Positions 49,563 through 58,592 of a stretch of 64,000 nucleotides of DNA are shown here, in pieces. The stretch's first letter is position 1. Each line of letters opens with the position of its first letter. The notes beneath the pieces were generated by a model that did not search any database, was not told where the DNA came from, and saw only the letters and a list, made by a program, of their open reading frames with translations. Both the position numbers and the translations under genes were made by a program. The DNA is from Mycobacterium sp. (GTDB lineage Bacteria > Actinomycetota > Actinomycetes > Mycobacteriales > Mycobacteriaceae), in assembly GCA_040509115.1 (NCBI GenBank), contig JBEVLO010000095.1; one strand, written 5' to 3'.

Positions 49563-50529
49563 GGCCTGCGCTGCTGGACTCGACGACGTACTCGGAGTCA
49601 GCTTCCAGTTGCCTCCAGAGGAACTCGGCGATTTCGGTGCGGCACTCCTTCGCCTCATCCATTTCGGGATCGCTGAGGAACGCGTGCCACATTCCCTCCC
49701 AAACGAGCAGCTCGGTTCGTGCACCGCTTCGACGGAGCTTCCAGTAGAGGCGCACGCAGTTGCTGAGGAAGAGGTCACTAGTCCCGCAAGTGATGATGCT
49801 CGGCGGGAAGCTCGCGTCATAGTCTGCGTAGATCGGCGAGACCAGCGGGTCGTCGTATGGGGCGACCCCTGCGTAGGCTGCGGCCGCCTCATCGAGTTGG
49901 CCGTTCCAGCGGATGATCGGGTCGCGGCCCTCGTTGCTCTCGTAGGTGTCGCCGATCGGGGCGAGATCCGACCATGGCGTGACGAGTGCGAGTGCGTGGG
50001 GTAGCGGTGCGCCGGTCGCCTGGAGACGTTGGACCAGGCTGAGCGCGAGGGACCCGCCGGCCGAAACTCCAACGACGACCACCTCGGGTCCGAATCGCTC
50101 GACGATCGCTAGGTAGGCATCGACGCACTCGCCGATCGCCTGGGGAAAGACGGCTTCCGGGCTCAACGAATAGTCGATCGAGTGCACCGGCAGGCCGAGC
50201 GCATCCGCGAGCAGAACGCCAGTGGCGTCGGCGGGTGCGCCGAGAATGTATGCGCCGCCGTGGATGTAGATGACGTGCCGATCACCAGCATCGGGTCTGA
50301 GCGACTTCGGATTGAGGATCACGACTCTCGCCAGGGACTCCGTGACCGAATCCGCGGTCGGGGCGGCGACCAGGAGCTCCCGCGTCAGTCTGTCGATCAG
50401 CGTCGCCGAATCTGCGACACGGGCGGCGCGGACGGCGTGAGCGGCCGCGAGAGTTATCGGGGCGGCTTTGGCGTAGGGGAGCTGGGCGGAGTCCGGTGCC
50501 ATCAGGTCAGCTAACTGCGCCGCGTCCAC
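49555..50529 (-). CDS. HSL-family alpha/beta hydrolase (esterase/lactone hydrolase-like)
   Basis: 'IHGGAY', 'DYSLSPE..FP', 'GVSAGG', 'EGMWH'. Confidence 0.88.
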   Translation of the reverse strand: MDAAQLADLMAPDSAQLPYAKAAPITLAAAHAVRAARVADSATLIDRLTRELLVAAPTADSVTESLARVVILNPKSLRPDAGDRHVIYIHGGAYILGAPADATGVLLADALGLPVHSIDYSLSPEAVFPQAIGECVDAYLAIVERFGPEVVVVGVSAGGSLALSLVQRLQATGAPLPHALALVTPWSDLAPIGDTYESNEGRDPIIRWNGQLDEAAAAYAGVAPYDDPLVSPIYADYDASFPPSIITCGTSDLFLSNCVRLYWKLRRSGARTELLVWEGMWHAFLSDPEMDEAKECRTEIAEFLWRQLEADSEYVVESSSAGRG

Positions 50530-50536
50530 CCGTTTC

Positions 50537-50554
50537 TAGCGTGGAACCACGCTA
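50537..50554. promoter_or_regulatory. 18-bp palindrome TAGCGTGG-AA-CCACGCTA
   Basis: Perfect 8-bp arms, 7 bp upstream of the esterase start in the divergent spacer. Confidence 0.55.
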
Positions 50555-50685
50555 TTCAGCGCCTCCGCAACCCGCTTCTGCCTGCTCCCGATATTGTCGG
50601 ACGAAGGTACAATTGCGCGGCGAGCAGTCGAGGTTCGGTCGCTTGCCGAAGGCCGAAGGCCTTCAGAAGACCTTCATGGAGCTCA

Positions 50686-52941
50686 ATGTCGAGTGACACG
50701 TTTTCTCTTCGCGACCTGATCGCGGCTGAGCGTACGAGTTTCATCGGGCGCAAAGCTGAGACGGTCGCTGCGCGCAAAGCGCTGGTCGACGCACGCCTCC
50801 TCACGCTCACCGGCGCTGCCGGAGCGGGCAAGAGTCGCCTTGCCCGAAAGACGATCTCCGACATCCAGAAGACCGGCAGCGTTCGGGTATTCGCGCTGGA
50901 TTTCGCTGAGCTCGCGCCCGAAGAGGTAGCCGATCGCACGCTGGCCGCCGCGTGGATCGCTGCGGTTCGAGACAGCGGCAACGCTGTCGTGCTGGTCGAC
51001 AACGCCGACTCGCATGCCGACTCGCACGCCGACGATGCCCGCATCATCATCGACGGGATTCTCGATGGAGCCCCGGAGGCGCGGGTGATCGCGACCTGTC
51101 GCCATGCGCTCGCGATCGCCGGTGAAGCGTTGCTCGAGGTCGCCCCCTTCACTGTTGATTCCGATGTCGCCGCTCACGAATCTCCTGCCGAAGCGGACTG
51201 CGTCAAGCTCTTCGCAGATCGCGCGCGATTAGCCGTTCCGACCTTCGCGCTCTCGGACGGCAATGCCGGCCAAGTTCTCGAGATCTGCGCTCAACTGGAT
51301 GGGCTTCCGGCAGCGATCGAGGTTGCAGCCTCTGCGCTTCGGATCATTCCGCTGGACCGCATCCGTGCCGCCCTGATCGGTGCCGACCCGATCGTCGACT
51401 TCGTGCCTGCGGCTCGCGCGCTCGCTGAATCCGTCGATGCAGAGTTCGCGCGTCGAACCCCGGCGGAGCGGCACCTGCTCGCTGTCGCTGCCGGTATGGC
51501 CGACAACTTCGCGATGGAGTGCCTGACGGATCTTCGGTTCATCGACCTTGGGCTCGCCGAGCGCACCGAGGCGTTCTTCGGATTGGTCGATCATTCGCTG
51601 TTCCTGCGCGCACCGAATGATGAAGGCAGGTTCCGCATCCTGCGCTCGGTGCGTCGTCGCGGGCTCGAGGAGTTGGCGGCGACAGATGCAGTCGGCGCCT
51701 TCGGGGCCGGGCTTGAGAAGCATCTCGTCGACCTGCTCACCAACGCCGCAGAGAAGTGGACCGGTCCACAGCAGCAAGCGGTCATCCGCCATTTGCGCTG
51801 GCACCGGCGCGACATTTCCAAGCTGCTCGAGACGTTGGCTGCCAGCTCGGACCGTTCAGGCGACGCAATCACGTTGATTGCTGGGCTCCGTCGGTACTGG
51901 CTCGTCGCGGGTCAGGTCGATCAGGCTCAGAAGTGGCTCGAGACCGCGATCGAGAACCATCCGATCCGTGACGTGCTGGTGGCGAGGGCACTGTGGGTGC
52001 GCGCCTACCTCGTGATCATGTCGGCCGATCAGACGCTGGCATCCGCACTGCTGCTCGAGAGCGTCTCCCTCAGTGAGCATTTGGATGAGCCGTCCGAACT
52101 ATTCTCGGCAAAGTTCATCCAGGCGATGATCGGGGTGAGTCGCTTCGAGATCGATGCCGCTGAGCAGGATCTGCTTTCCGTCGTCGAGCACACGAAACAG
52201 CAGGGGAGTGCGTCGGATCTCGGCGAGCAGTATTACTTCCTGGTGCTGATCAGCCTGCTGCGTGGCGACCACATTCAGGCCGAACTGCTGTTCCAGGAGA
52301 GCATTCAGAGTCTTCGGGTGCTGGGGGACACGTGGGGCATGGCGAATGCGATGCTGGTGCTGGCGATTTCGCTGCTGCACCGCGGGCAGGAGCAGCGCGC
52401 CGCAGAGCTGGCGAAGGACTGTCTCGCCGTCCTCGACGGCCTTGGCGATGAGACCGGTCTCCCGACGTGCCTGAAGCTGCTGGCAACGGTGGCATTCCGG
52501 CAGGGGGATGCGGTGAAGGCGGCGACCCTGCTGGCTGCGGCGCAGCAGCTGAGTTCGACTCGCACCATGGTCCGAAACGCGATCAGCGCGGAGACCGATT
52601 TGGGTCTTCGGAAGGTACTCGGTAATCGCGAGTACTACCGGATCACCGCCAAGGGGCGGCGGCTGGGGCACTCAGAGCTGATGGCGCTGGCCATGGGAGA
52701 GAGCGGTAGTGCGGGTGAAGTTGCCCTCACGCGCCGGGAACTTGAGATCGCGCAGAAGCTCGTCGAGGGTATGAGCAACTCGCAGATTGCTGCCGCGCTC
52801 GTCGTTTCGCCGCGAACCGTCGAGGGGCACATCCAGCGCATCTTGTCGAAGCTGCAGTTCCGTTCCCGTTCGCAGATCGCCGTCTGGATGGCGAAGCACC
52901 ACGAGAAGAACCGTCCGCGTCCCCTCCGCGCGATCGTCTAA
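50686..52941 (+). CDS. Large ATP-binding LuxR-family regulator (P-loop/NB-ARC-like plus helical repeats plus HTH)
   Basis: Walker A 'GAAGAGKS', 'LDGLPAAIE', C-terminal 'LTRRELEIA...GMSNSQIA..L.VSPRTVEGH'; TACAAT -10 box at 50608. Confidence 0.88.
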   Translation: MSSDTFSLRDLIAAERTSFIGRKAETVAARKALVDARLLTLTGAAGAGKSRLARKTISDIQKTGSVRVFALDFAELAPEEVADRTLAAAWIAAVRDSGNAVVLVDNADSHADSHADDARIIIDGILDGAPEARVIATCRHALAIAGEALLEVAPFTVDSDVAAHESPAEADCVKLFADRARLAVPTFALSDGNAGQVLEICAQLDGLPAAIEVAASALRIIPLDRIRAALIGADPIVDFVPAARALAESVDAEFARRTPAERHLLAVAAGMADNFAMECLTDLRFIDLGLAERTEAFFGLVDHSLFLRAPNDEGRFRILRSVRRRGLEELAATDAVGAFGAGLEKHLVDLLTNAAEKWTGPQQQAVIRHLRWHRRDISKLLETLAASSDRSGDAITLIAGLRRYWLVAGQVDQAQKWLETAIENHPIRDVLVARALWVRAYLVIMSADQTLASALLLESVSLSEHLDEPSELFSAKFIQAMIGVSRFEIDAAEQDLLSVVEHTKQQGSASDLGEQYYFLVLISLLRGDHIQAELLFQESIQSLRVLGDTWGMANAMLVLAISLLHRGQEQRAAELAKDCLAVLDGLGDETGLPTCLKLLATVAFRQGDAVKAATLLAAAQQLSSTRTMVRNAISAETDLGLRKVLGNREYYRITAKGRRLGHSELMALAMGESGSAGEVALTRRELEIAQKLVEGMSNSQIAAALVVSPRTVEGHIQRILSKLQFRSRSQIAVWMAKHHEKNRPRPLRAIV

Positions 52942-53039
52942 CCCACCCGGGATTGGCTGTGTCAGTTCCGGTCGCCGAACGCGCTGGACCCTCCATGTGG
53001 ATGACGGCTGGGTCTGAGATCCAACGCCGTGCTTCCTCT

Positions 53040-53531
53040 CTACCCGCTGCGACGAAGTCCCGACGAGTAGTACCCGCCGCGAAGAAGGAGTGCCGCCGGT
53101 TCTCCCAACACGACGCTGACCAAGAAGATCATCGCGCGTCGGAACTCCACTCCGTGCCATCGTGTTCCGCTCGACGTAGAGGGAAGCCCCTCGCTCACTG
53201 ACAGGTGGTGAGCCAACTCGTGCAACACGGTGCTCTCGCGACCAAAGGCCCTGTCCTTCATGGGAATCGCCACTGTCGCGGTCGAAGGCTCGTAGTGCGC
53301 CTTGCTCTGCCCACGGCGTTCTCGTACGTAGACCGGACCGGCGTTCGGGTACTTCTCGCGAATGGAGTCCGATGCCAGGACCCCGTCGACGTACCTCTGT
53401 ACGGATGGTATGTCGGCGAATCGCTTCTGCATCGGAACGTCCATGAGTGAACCGTGGAAGTCCACGAGTCCGCCCCTGTCGAGGATTGCAGACCACTGGT
53501 GTTCTGCCCCGTAGACTGCTGATGCGCTCAC
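53040..53531 (-). CDS. Island-borne TIGR04338-type HEXXH metallohydrolase (Rv0185 xenolog)
   Basis: 'AVYGAE', 'RFADIPSVQRYVD', 'VRERRGQSKAHY', 'VLHELAHH', 'WHGVEF'; start GTG 53531 (alternative ATG 53579). Confidence 0.8.
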   Translation of the reverse strand: MSASAVYGAEHQWSAILDRGGLVDFHGSLMDVPMQKRFADIPSVQRYVDGVLASDSIREKYPNAGPVYVRERRGQSKAHYEPSTATVAIPMKDRAFGRESTVLHELAHHLSVSEGLPSTSSGTRWHGVEFRRAMIFLVSVVLGEPAALLLRGGYYSSGLRRSG

Positions 53532-53654
53532 TTCCGACGCCCGAGCTGCCGTTGGACGGCCTTGTCGGCGTCGTGCCATCCGATGAGCCAATTCAAAGCG
53601 AAGCGGTCCATAGCTCCCCGTTGGAGGTGCACCGCTCGAACTTAACACCCCGTA

Positions 53655-53800
53655 TGTCCACAGAAGTGGGTGCTCCATCTGGCCGTGCCGAGCCGCCGCA
53701 CGGCAGCGAGTTCGTCACCTGTTTCGGCGATCTGGCTGGCGCCGTCATGGGTTTGGAGGCCGCGCCCGTGCTGCGCGTGGTCTATGCGAGGGTGCGCTAG
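53655..53800 (+). pseudogene. 3' remnant of the host Rv0185-like metallohydrolase
   Basis: Frameshifted HEV...HL, then AEPPHGSEFVTCFGDLAGAVMGLEAAPVLRVVYARVR*, matching the recalled Rv0185 C-terminus. Confidence 0.75.
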
Positions 53801-53824
53801 GCCGACGCGGCTAACGTGGTACGG

Positions 53825-54487
53825 GTGACTGATCCTGATCCGCGGGCCCTCGACGCCAAGTTCGACGAGCTGTTGAATACCGAGGACGACGTTCTCCTGG
53901 CGACCAGGGCTGCCGCCGACGCTGCGGGCATGCCCCAGATCGAGGTATCCGCCCAGCACGCCAAGTTGCTCTCCCTGCTGGCGACGATCACCCGGGCGAC
54001 GCGCGTACTCGAGATCGGCACACTGGCCGGATACAGCACCATCTGCCTGGCCCGCGGCGTGGCCCCCAACGGGCACGTGACGACGCTCGAATACGAACCC
54101 AGGCACGCCGAGGTGGCCAGGAAGAACCTCGCGGCGGCCGGAGTCGACGCCCGAGTCGACGTCATCGTCGGCGCGGCCCTGGACACCCTGCCCAAACTGG
54201 CCGAGCGCGGCGAGCGCTTCGACCTGTTCTTCATCGACGCCGACAAGGAGAACAACGTCGCGTACGTGCAGTGGGCGATCGACCTGGCGACGCCCGGCGC
54301 GTTGATCGTGGTCGACAACGTCGCCCGGTCCGGACGCGTGCTGGACCCGGCACCCGACGATCGGCAGGCCCGCGCCGTCCACGACATGTTCGTGATGATG
54401 GGCGACCACCCCCGGTTGGACACCGCGGCGATTCAGACAGTCGGCAGAAAGGGCTGGGACGGGTTCGCGGTCGCGCGGGTGACGTGA
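53825..54487 (+). CDS. O-methyltransferase (Rv0187-like, COMT family)
   Basis: 'VLEIGTLAGYST', 'FFIDADKEN', 'VVDNV'; TAACGT -10 box 7 nt before GTG 53825. Confidence 0.92.
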   Translation: MTDPDPRALDAKFDELLNTEDDVLLATRAAADAAGMPQIEVSAQHAKLLSLLATITRATRVLEIGTLAGYSTICLARGVAPNGHVTTLEYEPRHAEVARKNLAAAGVDARVDVIVGAALDTLPKLAERGERFDLFFIDADKENNVAYVQWAIDLATPGALIVVDNVARSGRVLDPAPDDRQARAVHDMFVMMGDHPRLDTAAIQTVGRKGWDGFAVARVT

Positions 54488-54502
54488 CCTCGCACCGGGT
54501 AC

Positions 54503-54886
54503 GTGCCGAGTATGTGGACGGTGAGCAGACGTATTCGGGCCTCTCCTGAGGCGACCTGGGACGTGCTGACGGATCTGGACGCCTGGCCCAAGTGGGGGTT
54601 GACGGTCAGTCGCGCGGAGGCCGACGGCGCCGTCCTGACGCTCGGTACGACGGGCAAGGTGTGGACGCCGGTGGGGGTGGCGCTGCCGTTCACGATCACC
54701 GAGTTCGTCCCAGGCCGGTCGTGGGGGTGGCAGGTCGCGGGGATTCCTGCGACCCGCCACGGAACCGACCCCGACGGCGACGGCTGCCGCGTGTGGATGA
54801 GCGCACCGATTTGGGCGCCCGCCTACCTGCCGGTGTTGGCGTTGGCGTTGCGTCGGATCGACGAGATCGCCTGCGCTCGAATCTAG
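54503..54886 (+). CDS. SRPBCC family protein
   Basis: 'WDVLTDLDAWPKW' START-fold motif. Confidence 0.8.
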   Translation: MPSMWTVSRRIRASPEATWDVLTDLDAWPKWGLTVSRAEADGAVLTLGTTGKVWTPVGVALPFTITEFVPGRSWGWQVAGIPATRHGTDPDGDGCRVWMSAPIWAPAYLPVLALALRRIDEIACARI

Positions 54887-55776
54887 TCGGTGGAATCCAG
54901 GCCCGACGCGTAGCTCTCCTTGACGACCGCCAGATGCGTCCAGCTGTCCAGGGCGCGCACCCCTGGCAGGGCGCGCACCGCGTCGAGCAGCTCGACCAAC
55001 TGTCCTGCCGAGAACGCGCGCACGGTCACCAGGACGTCGAACCTGCCGAGCGTGCGAGCCAGGAAGATCACCGATGGCATCGTGGACAGCGCCGCCACGA
55101 CCTCGCGGTGATCGCCTGCCAGCCCGATGCCGAAGCCCATGGCGCTCTGCCGGTCCTGGCCCGAATGCCGGACGACGGCGCCGACTCGGACCACGCTCGA
55201 TTCGATCAGCCGCACCACCCGGCGGCGTGCGCCCGCTGGTGACAATCCGACTGCCGCCGCCAAGTCGACGTAAGAGGCGCGGCCGTCGTTCTGCAGTTCG
55301 ACCAGTAGCGCGCGATCGGTGGCGTCCACGCTCGTCTCGACGTCGCCGACCGGTCCGACGACGTCGCGCACCACCTCGACGTAGCTGAGCGTGTCGACGC
55401 CCGACACCCCCGGCAGGGCCCGCAGCTGGGAGACCGCCGTGTCGATGCCGCGCGCCGACGACGCCCGTACCTCCGCGACCAACCCGTACGGGCCGCTGGT
55501 CAGGGAGAGGAAGGGGACGTCGTCGCGCTGTGCGACCGTCGCCGCGACCGGCGCGGCTGGTCCGTGGACGACGACGCTGACGTGGGCCAGCACGCCGCGC
55601 CCGAGCACCGCGGGATGCACGGCGCCGCGGATCACGAGCTGTCCGGTGGAGAGCAGTCTCTGCACCCGGGCCGCGGCGGCGGATCGCGACAGGCCGACGG
55701 TGCGGGCGATCTCCCGGTGCGTCAGCCGACCGTCGACTTCCAGAAGCTCGACGATCGCCTCATCGGTCTCGTCCAT
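54883..55776 (-). CDS. Tandem (double) Lrp/AsnC-family regulator
   Basis: Two HTH-AsnC modules: 'DEAIVELLEVDGR' and 'DRALLVELQNDGRASY'. Confidence 0.88.
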   Translation of the reverse strand: MDETDEAIVELLEVDGRLTHREIARTVGLSRSAAAARVQRLLSTGQLVIRGAVHPAVLGRGVLAHVSVVVHGPAAPVAATVAQRDDVPFLSLTSGPYGLVAEVRASSARGIDTAVSQLRALPGVSGVDTLSYVEVVRDVVGPVGDVETSVDATDRALLVELQNDGRASYVDLAAAVGLSPAGARRRVVRLIESSVVRVGAVVRHSGQDRQSAMGFGIGLAGDHREVVAALSTMPSVIFLARTLGRFDVLVTVRAFSAGQLVELLDAVRALPGVRALDSWTHLAVVKESYASGLDSTD

Positions 55777-55995
55777 CGCGGTCAGCCCACTTTCGGGAAA
55801 TTGGTCCGAAGATTTTTCACACTAGTTCGATAGGCAGATCGACAGTAATGAGGGGGATTGAAGCCAATTCTGATGTGATCGACCTGACGGCGCCAGCACA
55901 TCGTGTTTGGAAACCTGGTCGTAACGATTGAACTGCTTGCGATGCAGGTGAGGCGGCCTTAGCGTGATCCGCACCACACGACCGACAGGACCGAA

Positions 55996-57573
55996 ATGGC
56001 CGCCACCGACGCCTCCGCGCTCGCCCCTCCGCCCAAGGTCACCGATGTCGAAGCGCACGGCGTCGAACAGATCCCCGACGCCGAGCGCACCGCGGGTCCG
56101 CTTGACCTCTTCCGGCTGGTCTTCGGCGGGGCCAACACCATCGCGACCGTCGTGTTGGGTAGCTTCCCGATCATCTTCGGCCTGTCCTTCCGCGATGCGC
56201 TGCTGGCCACCCTGCTGGGCCTGATCCTCGGCGCGGCGATCCTGGCGCCGATGGCCTTGTTCGGGCCGCGAAACGGCACCAACAATGCCGTGTCGTCGTC
56301 TGCGCACCTTGGAGTGCACGGCCGGGTGGTCGGATCGTTCCTGTCGCTCTTGACCGCGGTGGCGTTCTTCTCGATCTCGGTCTGGACGTCCGGTGACGTG
56401 CTGGTCGGCGGCGCGACCCGCGCGTTGGGGGGAGCCGCTGACGCCGCCCCGAACGACGTGGCGGTCGGCGCCGCATACGGAGTCTTCGCGCTGCTGGTGC
56501 TCGTGGTGTGCATCTACGGGTTCCGATTCATGTTGCTGGTCAACAAGATCGCCGTCATCGCCGCCACGGTGTTGTTCCTGCTGGGCATCGTCGCCTTCGG
56601 GGGTGTCTTCGACCCGGGCTACGCAGGCATCTTCGGCCAGGACGCCGACGCCGCCACCAACGCGCTGTACTGGCCGTCGTTCGTCGGTGCCGCGCTGATC
56701 GTCATGTCGAACCCGGTGAGCTTCGGTGCCTTCCTTGGGGATTGGGCCCGTTACATCCCACGCGAGACGCCGGCGTGGAAGTCGATGTCGGCGGCCTTCC
56801 TGGCCCAGATCGCCACGCTGGTGCCGTTCCTGTTCGGTCTGGTCACCGCGGCGGTGGTGGCCACCAACGCGCCGGACTTCATCGCCGAAGGCAACTACGT
56901 GGGCGGCCTGCTCGCCGTGTCGCCAGGCTGGTACTTCGTGCCGGTGTGCCTCATCGCACTCATCGGCGGCATGTCGACGGGCACCACCGCGCTGTACGGC
57001 ACCGGCCTCGACTTCTCTAGCGTGTTCCCGCGCTTCAACCGGGTACAGGCCACCGTGTTCATCGGTCTCATCGCCATCGCGTTCATCTTCGTCGGACGCT
57101 TCGCCTTCAATGTGGTGCAAAGCATTTCGACGTTCGCGGTGCTCATCGTCACCTGCACGGCGCCGTGGATGGTCGTAATGATGATCGGGTGGGCGGTTCG
57201 CCGCGGCTGGTACGACTCGGACTCGCTGCAGGTGTTCAACCGCAGACAGCGCGGCGGCAGGTACTGGTTCAGGCACGGCTGGAACTGGCGCGGGCTCGGC
57301 GCCTGGCTGGTGTCGGCGGCGCTGTCGATCTGCTTCGTCAACGTGCCCGACCAGTTCGTCGGTCCGCTGGGCAATTTGGCGAACGGCATCGACCTGTCGA
57401 TTCCGGTGGGCCTCGGCCTGGCGGCCCTGCTCTACCCGGCACTGCTGTTCCTCTTCCCCGAACCGGCCGACGCGTTCGGCCCCGAAGGGCCGCGCTTCGT
57501 CCCCGAGGGACCCGCGGCCGGAATCCCGATCACGTCCGTGGACAACGTTGCAACGCAGGAGGTTTCCGCATGA
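55996..57573 (+). CDS. NCS1 purine-cytosine permease-family transporter
   Basis: '[11 protein letters not shown]', multiple TMs, 'YGTGLDFSS', '[12 protein letters not shown]'. Confidence 0.88.
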   Translation: MAATDASALAPPPKVTDVEAHGVEQIPDAERTAGPLDLFRLVFGGANTIATVVLGSFPIIFGLSFRDALLATLLGLILGAAILAPMALFGPRNGTNNAVSSSAHLGVHGRVVGSFLSLLTAVAFFSISVWTSGDVLVGGATRALGGAADAAPNDVAVGAAYGVFALLVLVVCIYGFRFMLLVNKIAVIAATVLFLLGIVAFGGVFDPGYAGIFGQDADAATNALYWPSFVGAALIVMSNPVSFGAFLGDWARYIPRETPAWKSMSAAFLAQIATLVPFLFGLVTAAVVATNAPDFIAEGNYVGGLLAVSPGWYFVPVCLIALIGGMSTGTTALYGTGLDFSSVFPRFNRVQATVFIGLIAIAFIFVGRFAFNVVQSISTFAVLIVTCTAPWMVVMMIGWAVRRGWYDSDSLQVFNRRQRGGRYWFRHGWNWRGLGAWLVSAALSICFVNVPDQFVGPLGNLANGIDLSIPVGLGLAALLYPALLFLFPEPADAFGPEGPRFVPEGPAAGIPITSVDNVATQEVSA

Positions 57574-58592
57574 GTGCCCCCATCGGCCCGATCGATGCGT
57601 CGAAGACACCGAGGTTCGCGGGGCCGGCGTCGTTCGCCCGCATGCCCCGCCTCGACCAGGTGCCGCGCGCCGACATCGCCGTCGTCGGCGTCCCGTTCGA
57701 CTCAGGAGTGTCGTACCGGCCGGGCGCACGATTCGGACCGACGTACGTCCGGGAGGCGTCGCGGCTGCTGCGGCCGTACCACCCGGCCCTGGACGTGTCT
57801 CCGTTCGAGATCGCTCAAGTCGCCGACGCCGGCGACATCGCGGTGAACCCGTTCAACATCCACGAGGCCATCGAGACCATCGAGGCCGCGGCCGTCGACC
57901 TGACCAAGGACGGCACCCGCCTGGTCACCATTGGCGGCGACCACACCATCGCACTGCCCTTGCTGCGGGCCGCTGCGGCGAAGCACGGTCCCGTCGCACT
58001 GGTGCACTTCGACGCGCACCTCGACACCTGGGATACGTACTTCGGCGCCGAGTACACGCACGGCACGCCCTTCCGCCGCGCCGTCGAGGAGGGCATCCTC
58101 GATACCGAGGCGCTGTCGCACGTCGGCACGCGCGGACCGCTGTACGGGAAGAAGGACCTCGAGGACGACCGCCGGTTCGGCTTCGGCATCGTCACCTCGT
58201 CCGACGTCTACTACCAGGGCGTGCGTGAGGTGGTCGACAGGCTGCGGCAGCGGCTCGGCAACCGGCCGGTGTACGTGTCGATCGACATCGACGTACTCGA
58301 CCCTGCGCACGCGCCGGGCACCGGAACGCCGGAGGCGGGCGGAATGACCAGCCGCGAGTTGCTCGAGATCCTGCGGGGCTTCCGCGGCATCAACCTGATC
58401 GGGGCCGACGTAGTCGAGGTCGCGCCCGCCTACGATCACGCCGAGATCACCGGTGTCGCCGCGTCGCACGTCGCCTACGACCTGGTGTCGCTGCTGGCAC
58501 AGGGGGCGAGCGAAGCGAGGGGGAACGGGGCACAGGGGGCGAGCGAAGCGAGGGGGAACGGGGTGCAGCGGCAAGAGGAGCGTTCGACGTGA
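57570..58592 (+). CDS. speB: Ureohydrolase annotated-type agmatinase (agmatinase/guanidinobutyrase)
   Basis: '[18 protein letters not shown]', 'GGDHT', 'DAHLDT', '[14 protein letters not shown]'. Confidence 0.85.
   Translation: MSAPIGPIDASKTPRFAGPASFARMPRLDQVPRADIAVVGVPFDSGVSYRPGARFGPTYVREASRLLRPYHPALDVSPFEIAQVADAGDIAVNPFNIHEAIETIEAAAVDLTKDGTRLVTIGGDHTIALPLLRAAAAKHGPVALVHFDAHLDTWDTYFGAEYTHGTPFRRAVEEGILDTEALSHVGTRGPLYGKKDLEDDRRFGFGIVTSSDVYYQGVREVVDRLRQRLGNRPVYVSIDIDVLDPAHAPGTGTPEAGGMTSRELLEILRGFRGINLIGADVVEVAPAYDHAEITGVAASHVAYDLVSLLAQGASEARGNGAQGASEARGNGVQRQEERST
58497..58562 (+). repeat. Two perfect 33-bp tandem copies in frame in the speB C-terminus
   Basis: GCACAGGGGGCGAGCGAAGCGAGGGGGAACGGG x2, encoding ([11 protein letters not shown])2. 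Confidence 0.95.

Larger units (their letters stand above)
39628..53654. mobile_element. About 14-kb genomic island inserted in the Rv0185 ortholog; no mobility gene recognised
   Basis: Bounded by complementary halves of one pseudogene; accessory catabolic content; exact ends uncertain by about 30 bp. Confidence 0.7.

Noticed and set aside
50595-50613. PafBC/RecA-NDp DNA-damage promoter (TGTCGG ... TACAAT)
   Set aside because: Spacing is 7 nt rather than the established 10 nt.
48765-52941. AHL lactonase next to a LuxR gene read as a quorum-sensing/quenching module
   Set aside because: The regulator is a 751-aa ATPase-LuxR without an autoinducer-binding domain and there is no luxI. The lactonase is better explained as the partner of the BVMO. 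AHL activity is possible but unsupported.
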